Source: Patellaria atrata CBS 101060 (lineage: Eukaryota). Taken from it: a stretch of DNA of 58,666 nt. Shown in pieces: positions 50,882-58,666 of the stretch. Every line of letters starts with the position of its first letter. The stretch's first letter is position 1. The notes under the pieces were generated by a model. The model was not told the origin of the DNA and ran no database searches. It saw nothing but the letters and a program-made list of their open reading frames with translations. A program made the position numbers and the translations under genes. The stretch spans positions 880,011-938,676 of the forward strand of contig MU006089.1 of assembly GCA_010093705.1 (NCBI GenBank). Direction: 5' to 3'.

Positions 50882-53506
50882 TCACGCAGGCTGAGGAGGA
50901 TAGCCACCGAATAGAGGCGGTGGATGCTGCTGTTGCTGCTGTTGAGCTTGTTGCTGTTGCATATTCTCCAAAAGCCACGTCCAGTCCATGTCGATATCCA
51001 TATTAGGCATGCTCTGCCACGGTCCCGCGTTCATGTTATGCGAAGGATCCGGTATACTAGTCAAGTCCATTGGTTGAGGGTCAAACGACGGATTTGGCAT
51101 ATAAAGTCCATCATATGCAATGAGAGGATCGTCTCCGCTGGCGGCTGCGAAATGATGGTGTGTCATTTGTACTGGTGATGCTGAGCTGCCCGTTCGCGCA
51201 TACGACGCCGGAGTATTCAGAACGGAATTACTCCTACTTGACCTATGGGTGAATTTCTCACCGCGACGGATGGAGATTGTTCCAAAGAAAGGGATTGCGA
51301 CCTTTTGAGGTTGGTCATTACCGTTGCCTTGGTCTTGATCCGGCCAACCGAGCTGTTGGAGTACAGCGTAGCTCTGCGCAGCAACCTTACCACCTTTCTC
51401 AGAGGAAGCACGCCGGAAAATCGCTTTACATTTTTCAATTGCTTGCCAATCCTTCTCGTCTTGCTCTGGATTTTCATCGCTACTTAGTTTTCCGTATCCT
51501 AGAACGCGGAGAATGACGACGATCGATGCAGTGAATGCCAGGAAGTCGATCGATTTGCATTCATACAGGGGTTCCGTAATCTCTGGCTGTCGGAGAAGCT
51601 GGTATAAGCGGAGCATTTCTCTGGCGCTGTCGAAGCACGCGGTTTTGCTGTACTCGAACCGAGCAGTCGACGCAGATTTAAGCATGAAAGGTAGATGTAA
51701 GTAGACCCGGACTTGGTGGTAAGTAATCTGCGTGAGTAGTCTTTCTCTAACCTCTAGGACCGCCGCATCATTATTACTCTCCGCGCTTAAGGATGCGTTG
51801 TTGTTCACATTGTACCAATCCGCTGGCATTAGTGCTAGAACATTGTCGAGTCGCTGGTCTAGATCCAATACGGTAGAGTACGAGTGCTCAATGAAGCCTT
51901 GGGTCCGGTCAATGACTTCGCCGGCAATAACAGAAACCTTGGCCATGAATTCCATCAAACACGATCCCTCCCCTTTTGCGCGAATCTCAAGGTCACAATG
52001 AAGATCATTGATACCATATGGAAGTCCTAGCATCATCGAAAGGAAACGGTCAGAAGTATCTACAATCTTTGTCAGCACACCCGAAGAAAATGCTGTCGAA
52101 ACGTTCAGTTTCTATCCGGTTAACTTACATAATCCCCAGAAAATTGAGTCGCGAGCTGGATCCATTGCGTGATTACGATGCAGTCCCTAGGATCATTAGT
52201 TTCAAGATAATTATCCTTATCTAACCGTCTGTACTTACGGTTAACTGTGCAAATATCAAACCGCGGCGGAATGCTAGCCAAGCTCTTCGTGCTTGACCTA
52301 TATCAGAATAACATTTTCCGGCGAAGAGTATGCACTCCATGCCGTGCAAAGTTGATGCGTATTCATCATCGAATACAATCCATCGATGGACTAGGGCGAG
52401 GTATCTGTCGATATCATCGCCTTGGAGCGCTACTCCTACCGCAAGTGCCAAGGTTCCTAGTTCACTCGGGTTACCACTGGATAGTACGCGAGTCATAAAT
52501 TGGATCAAAGTCTCTCCAGGGGATGTTCCTGGTGTCTTCTCTCGCCACTGCATCCAGAATTCGCCATTCGTCTTTAGAGCTTCTACCATCTGTTCATAAG
52601 GTGGAAATGCCGCAAGAAGTGCTCTTCGAGTGCGATCATCCTTGGCCTTCGTGGATGAAGGCATGTCTTTTGCTAATTCAGGTTGGATTGGCCCTTGAAG
52701 CTGTATTCCATTGGAAGAATACGTACATCTTGGGGGAATCTTTTGCATGGACACCGGGCTATTCGAATGTTTGAAATCCGATGAACCCGGACTCCCAGAT
52801 GTCTGACTCTCTGCCCTACTCAACTACAGATTGCTAAGTCAGCCATATTCTCATTGTAGAGTAATTGATAGTACATACAACTACATTATCGAACATTGAC
52901 AAAAGAGGCGCCGGTTCTGCAGCAGCGGACAAACCAGCATCTTCTGAAATTGGAGTGGGTGGAAATGCTTCCGATCGCAACTTTTTCAGGGCTTCTGCTG
53001 GGTCGTCTGAACCTTCGAGCAGTCCATCTACCAAAGCTTCCAAACGCGCGACACGCTCGCGGAGATTTTTTCGTTGGTCTACAACAATTTCACTGACCGC
53101 GTGCTCCTGGTCGATACATTTTGATCCGCGAGCAAAACATTCTGTGCATACACTGGGATTCTCAGGGGAAAATGTGCACCGGATTTTCCTTCTTCTGCCT
53201 AGATGCAAGTCAGTATCAATTCCTTGCTTTTTGAAAGTTGACAGCGCATAATTGCATAACAAAGACTAGAAAATTGGAGTTAATGACCGTGGGGGATTAT
53301 TGTCTGAATAATCATGATGTTGCAGGTTAATGTAGGTAAGTGATCTCGTGCAGAGCAATTGCGCGCCTCTCCTTCAGCTGTGCCGTAACACGGTAGGTGC
53401 TAGTAAAAACAGACAACGTACATTCGAAGCAGCTGTGAGTTCCTTTCCTCATTTTCTTCCGTAAACCCACGGTCACGCCCAACTCTGAGGTAGTTGAGCG
53501 CGGCAT
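50882..53506 (-). CDS. Zn(II)2Cys6 fungal transcription factor (5 exons)
   Basis: KMRKGTHSCFEC/RRRKIRC...CTECFARGSKC binuclear cluster, coiled coil LRERVARLE, fungal TF middle region (DRFLSMMLGLPYG). Confidence 0.9.
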
Positions 53507-55429
53507 GCTTTCGTCCGTGGTATACGTTCCTTGGGGAGTTAGAATCGCCAGTATGTCGGTTGGCAATGATACCACAAAAAATTAGGAGGAAATGACCAAG
53601 CGGAGCAAGGGAAACGGGCGAGATCAGGACAATATATGATGAATTGGAATTGGGAGAGGAGATCGCGTGTCGAATGTTGCGGTCACTGCGGTTCGTATGA
53701 AGGACGTGTATATACCCGGCCGAAGCTTCGTCCGGATGAGTAATATTACGTTTTCAGGTGTACGAAGGGCTGGAGAAGTCGTTTCAAATATAATTTCAGC
53801 ACGGCGTCTCCTCTTATCCGCAAAGCTGGCTTCTGAAATACCAACTGTCAGCCCTAGTGGATCTACGTCAAGCTTCCTCTCGCAGTGCACGACATCGCCA
53901 AGCGAAAAGCCGCGCGAGTACAAGACAAAGAAAACGACGCACCTTGGAATTTGCGCCTAGTGAGCGAGCTGGGTAGGGTTGAAAAGATGCACGAAACTAC
54001 AATATACAGAAGAATCCTTCAAGTTCTCTGGGGGTGGTGGTGAGAATTGCCTAAAGCTTTCCTAGCATTCTAAAGGGTGACGACCTAAAGGTGTGGCCAG
54101 AGAGTATTATATGTTTGCACATATGTGATTAACCCACAGAACCCGCATCAAGCCGCCCTCTCTGTTATCGCTTGATTCACTTTCCTGCTTCCAATTAACT
54201 CATCGGATAATGCAGGGACCTATGGGATTTATTTGTCTTCAATGGAGGATTGTGACAGGAAGAAATGCATTCCCTTAAACAGCTTGGCCATATGTGCTAT
54301 AGAGTGCGACGTTGCGAACCCCTCCCCTCGTGCCCCTCTGGAGGCGCAACTAGCCAGCTATGGCTTTCTTTGGGATGCTACAGCAACCAATATAATCGAG
54401 GTACGGGCATTGATCAACTGCATTTCGTCAAATACCTTACACCTTTTACCGAATCCTTCACCACGTTTGTTGTTTTGTTGCTCTGACCTCGTCCGTAGCG
54501 TCACCGTTCAAAGCCAGATCGGAGCTTGATCTCATCGTTGCAAAGTTGCTGGAGACTAGCGTACTAATGACCGTACAGTATATGATAGACCGGGCCGACC
54601 ACATCTGAAGCACTGGATGTAGTATTTAGATCCTCCTTCCTCAAAAAGTTTTTCTACGATTAGAACTTCAGACCTTTGGATGCCATAGCTTTCCACTCTG
54701 CACAGACTCGGAAACCATTTCTAGAATCATTTCTGGAGGGATGTCACGAATAACTGTAACAGCTAAACTGAACAGCCGCACCACCACCTGGTCCACCTGG
54801 ACCACCAGCGCCGGAAAGAGCTGAAGCTCGGATTGAGGCAGTCAGACCTAATAGATTTTGTGTCACAAGGAAGTCTCATTACCGACACCCCATCGTGGAC
54901 CATACTGTGCATAGGCAACCCTAGGAATGCAGAGATACATCACCATCACCGGTTATCGCAAGGCGTCGTCAAAGCGGTCACCCCAAGTTCATGCTGGTTC
55001 TACCGACATAGGCATCAGTAAAATCCTACAAACTTACGACTGGGTCATTGATCCAGTAATGGTTGAGCACAATCATCTCAATCGAAGATTAACCATAAGA
55101 ATCGATGATTATCCCTGAGGGAGGCTGGAAGAAGTTGCCCTGTGCTGCAAAGCTCATCTGAAGTGCTGTCCGAATAAGGTTGTTGCAAGCGGTACCGCTT
55201 GGCACACGCGAACCCCTCCCTCTCTTTCACGACATCAAGTGCACCATACCATCATCCACCGCATCCGAGCCGTAGACGGACGAGAAACATAACGATTGCC
55301 CACTGAGCCCAAGGCTATCAGCGTCAGTTAGGCATACGAGGCACAGTCACTTAGTATACCATGCATACTCACCCCTCTAAAATACATGAAACCCGGTTCC
55401 ACCGCTAATTCAACTTATCCACCGACACT

Positions 55430-56193
55430 ATGACACAACCGATCAGATCGCCACACGCGTCGCCACGAAATCGTCTCAAGCCTCACGACGACCCGTTCTT
55501 CAAACTTCCCGTCACGCCGCCGCGCTCGTCTTCCGCGTCCTCATACGCCTCACCCGAGCTCGATGTCGCGACGTTAGATGATCAGCAGGAAGATTCTCTC
55601 CTGACACGTGTACGCCACCCGCCAGATCCCTAATTTAGATCTCAGAAAGCTCTGATCAACATGCTTATATCTCGAGCTTAAAAAAACCTTTATATGTTAA
55701 TCCCCAACCTTGAATAATGTAAAATATGAAATCTTCCAACGAAAAGCTCGAGCTTAAGCTATGGTTTTTTTCCTGATATAGAGAAGAATTCCAGCTGACC
55801 CGCCACTCGCTATAGGTCATAGTGGCTCCTTTTCTCTTCATCTCTTTTCTCGTCTCCCTATTCATCGTTGACCGCAACCACCGTCTGTACCGTGCTTCCT
55901 CTCACCCCAGCAATATCCCACCTAGCAACTCGCTTTGGACGCGAATATCATCGGCCTGGAACCCTGAGCCATACCAGGACCCGGCGAATTCGACATGGAA
56001 TGTACGACAGGATCAAGGATGGTTCGTGCGGAAGAAACACCGCAAGGTCACGAAGCTTCAACTTGACCAGGCACTGGAGATGCGTGGGAGAGTGATGATC
56101 GCGATCGTGGGGATAGTGGTTGTGAGCTTTCTATTGGGCGCTTGGGGCATCAAGTGGACTATATCAACGCTCGGGAGGTATCTCTACAGGTAG
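55430..56193 (+). CDS. Small two-TM conserved hypothetical protein (intron 55610-55814)
   Basis: LLTR/VIVAPFLFISFLVSLFIVDR...PEPYQDP...W.VRKKHRKVTKLQLDQALEMRGRV plus a hydrophobic C-terminus; GTACGC donor and GCTGAC...TAG acceptor. Confidence 0.75.
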
Positions 56194-56546
56194 GAAACTT
56201 TCTGTTAATGGTTTGGAGATGGCGATCTGCGGGTCGGCCCTACCCGTGTCCTTTAAAGAGTCAGTTGAGGATGGCGAGAGCAACAGACTTCATTCATCGG
56301 GTCTCGAAACACGTGGGTTGCGTTGTACAGGTGAGCTTAATTTCACCTTGGCGGCATGGAATATGTGGCGATTTTGGTATGCGTCCTGTTCGTGAGCATG
56401 AGGTTGGGTGGTTGGTGGTGATTCCATCTTTTAAAAACTTCTTTTGCACGTATTAATATGGACTCTGTTGGTGGACTGATGAGATCGTCATCCAAACATT
56501 CCTGGGGTACAAAGAACCGTGAAAAGAATTTTTCTTCTTCCATATC

Positions 56547-56782
56547 AAGGCAAAGGTTCCAGTATCAGGTTCTGAGGAGTTTTCAAGAAAGGACTTTTTT
56601 TTCCTTTGGGTATAAAGGCAAAGGTCCAGTAAGTTATCACGTCCCCGAAAATTTTCAAGCAAAAGGGGTCTTTTTTTTGGGGGGGTTTTTGGATACGAAG
56701 GCAAAGGTTTTGGTATCACACATCCCACAAAAAAATCTTTCCATTCTTTTTCTTTCCCAGGGAAAGACATTGCCAGTATCAC
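56547..56782. repeat. Degenerate ~60-85-bp tandem array (3-4 units)
   Basis: AAGGCAAAGGT at 56547, 56615 and 56698, followed by (G/T)TATCA and a T-tract; a fourth, degenerate unit at ~56759. Confidence 0.7.
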
Positions 56783-58004
56783 AAGCTAAGATATCGATCT
56801 TTCGCCACGGGAAAATATAGTGTCAGTTCCTTCGGGTTGGATACACACTCTACCCGTTTCATAGGATGTGGGCTATTCGATGTAGTCACTCTTGTTAGAT
56901 GGTTATTTCGATTGCCACCTCCCATTAATCGTGCTCTCGGATTTTGTCATTTCATACACTTGGACAATTCGTAAAAACCTAATTTTTCACTCTTCCATTG
57001 TTAAGGCCAGTTAAATTGTACACTGGCAAATATCAAAGCTATCCCGATTTGAGTAAAGTATCTTGGCTCAAGTGTATATGATAAAGTATAAATACAGGTC
57101 GCCGACGCATAAAGACGAGAAGGTCATGGTAGAGTAGATTCAGATAATCTATGTAGCTGTATTTATTCCATGACTGTATTAACATTAAGGTAAAGCTCTG
57201 CTCAGTCAGCTTTGCAGTATCCCAAACAGATGAGTGCCACAAATCAACTCCACTTAAAAAATAGAAAGAGGGAAAAGGAGCTTCTCCAGATTCGCACATA
57301 TACTTTCAGGTGTGTGTACCTCAGATATGAAGAGAGGTGGGTTTGGAGTATACTATATTGTACATAGGCACTCCTCAGCTTTTAATGAACCTTAGCTTAC
57401 TTTCCATTCCGAGCCTGGTGGGACAGCACGAAATACGACATGTCGTATAACCCTGACCACCAGCAGGTCATCCAGCACTTCCCCAAACCAACCAACACTC
57501 AAACCTCACACCTCGCACTTACACTCTCAACATCTTTCAGCCGCATCTGAATCGCATCCCCATCAGCCCAGATCTCCCAGCTCGACTCCTGGGAAAAAAA
57601 ATAAATAAATTCGGGGATACGGGGTCGGGCCCGAATGCGTGTAAGCTGTTTGCGTGAACCTAATGCCGTCAGAGGGGAGATGTAAACTACAGCAGCGACT
57701 CTCTGTTGGGAGAGGGCAGAGATCGGCGCCTTGGTGCTGGGTGGGTTGGGTAGGTTTTCGGTTCGGTTGGTTGGGATAGAAGTGGACGGGCTAGATCAAA
57801 AGCCGTACCGGCTAGGATGGAAGTGTGGAGTTGGTCCAAGGCGAACAGTTGGAAACAAAGAGCGTCGTGTACGGTACATGTACCTAGGTAGCTTATATGA
57901 TGGAAAGTGTGCGGTTGGGACAAGGGTGGACAGCTGGAATAAGAGCGGACAGACAGAATGGATGGAAACGCACGCAAGCGTTATAGCTGGAACAGGAGCG
58001 CACG

Positions 58005-58500
58005 GCATGATCAGACCAAAGCGAATTCTTCGAACGGGGAGCGTACACCTCGAACGGAAGCGTTCGGTACGATCAGCCCCGACGCAAGAGTCTACATATA
58101 CAACGGAGGCATATTGTGTAGTACAGTCTCACCAAAGCGTACCGGCACACCTCGAACCAGAGTCTACGCGCGCGAGAGAAGGATGCTATAGTACAGTCGG
58201 GCATAAAGCATACCCACAACAAAAGCGTCCACCTCGAAAAGAAAGAAAAGAAAAAAAAAAAAAAGAAAGAAAAAAAAAATAAAGGTACCCAAAACGGAAT
58301 TGAACAGAAACCTACAGGAGGGTAACAGCCAGAACGGAAGCACCCCATATAACCAGATCAAAGCGAACTCTCTTCGAAACAAGAATCTACACACGGTTCT
58401 ACAAGAGAGGTATATCGTATGGTACAATCAGACCAAAGCAAAGCCCCTTCGAACAAAGAAGTTCCAAACATACAATACCGCATGGTACGGGGTCCGAACT
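58005..58500. repeat. Degenerate ~70-bp tandem array
   Basis: Recurring GTACA(G/A)TC..ACCAAAGC..C(C/T)TCGAA..AGA(G/A)TCTAC blocks, interrupted by an A-rich tract at 58237-58282. Confidence 0.65.
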
Positions 58501-58666
58501 ATCCACGACAAATAGCCGTACACGTGCAGTAAACACATCGGACGACCTACTATGGTATCCTGTGCTTTTTACGTTATAGATGTGGTTTCTAAATACCGAG
58601 GGGAAATGTATCCTGTCGATTCCTTTTGTCCCGGGGAAGAAGGGGAATTTCTTTTCTTTTTTTTTT

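Noticed and set aside
45315..53506. Sugar porter plus Zn2Cys6 factor as a metabolic gene cluster
   Set aside because: There is no glycoside hydrolase or biosynthetic enzyme nearby, and an unrelated gene lies between them.
56547..58500. Repeat-spacer-like arrays as CRISPR
   Set aside because: This is a eukaryotic context with no cas genes; the repeats are short and degenerate and the spacers are related to each other.

Overview
Gene-dense genomic window of a filamentous ascomycete (Pezizomycotina; short GT-AG introns with CTRAC/CTAAY branch sites), with three 100-N scaffold gaps. About 19 intron-containing genes are supported: a 2OG-Fe(II) oxygenase-like protein, a Psh1-like RING ligase, a PTR2 peptide transporter, a 5-exon microprotein, ERD1, eIF3b, a synaptojanin-like phosphatase, MSH4, RSA4, a small DDR48-annotated-type protein, velvet VelB, HEL2, MND1, a lactose/cellodextrin-type sugar porter, an Rrn10-like protein, a Zn2Cys6 factor and a small membrane protein. 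The most unusual part is the divergent MSH4-RSA4 intergenic region (27.2-31.8 kb). It holds a roughly 250-bp promoter unit, including the first MSH4 codons, tandemly repeated four times. Copy 2 is interrupted by a decayed hAT DNA transposon with an 8-bp TSD. That element carries a convergent, nearly intact DUF3716-like Cys-rich gene, contains 12 perfect CGTACG palindromes, and has two nested LTR insertions, each with a 5-bp TSD. Two degenerate ~70-bp tandem arrays lie near the right end. All family calls come from motif recognition, not database searches.
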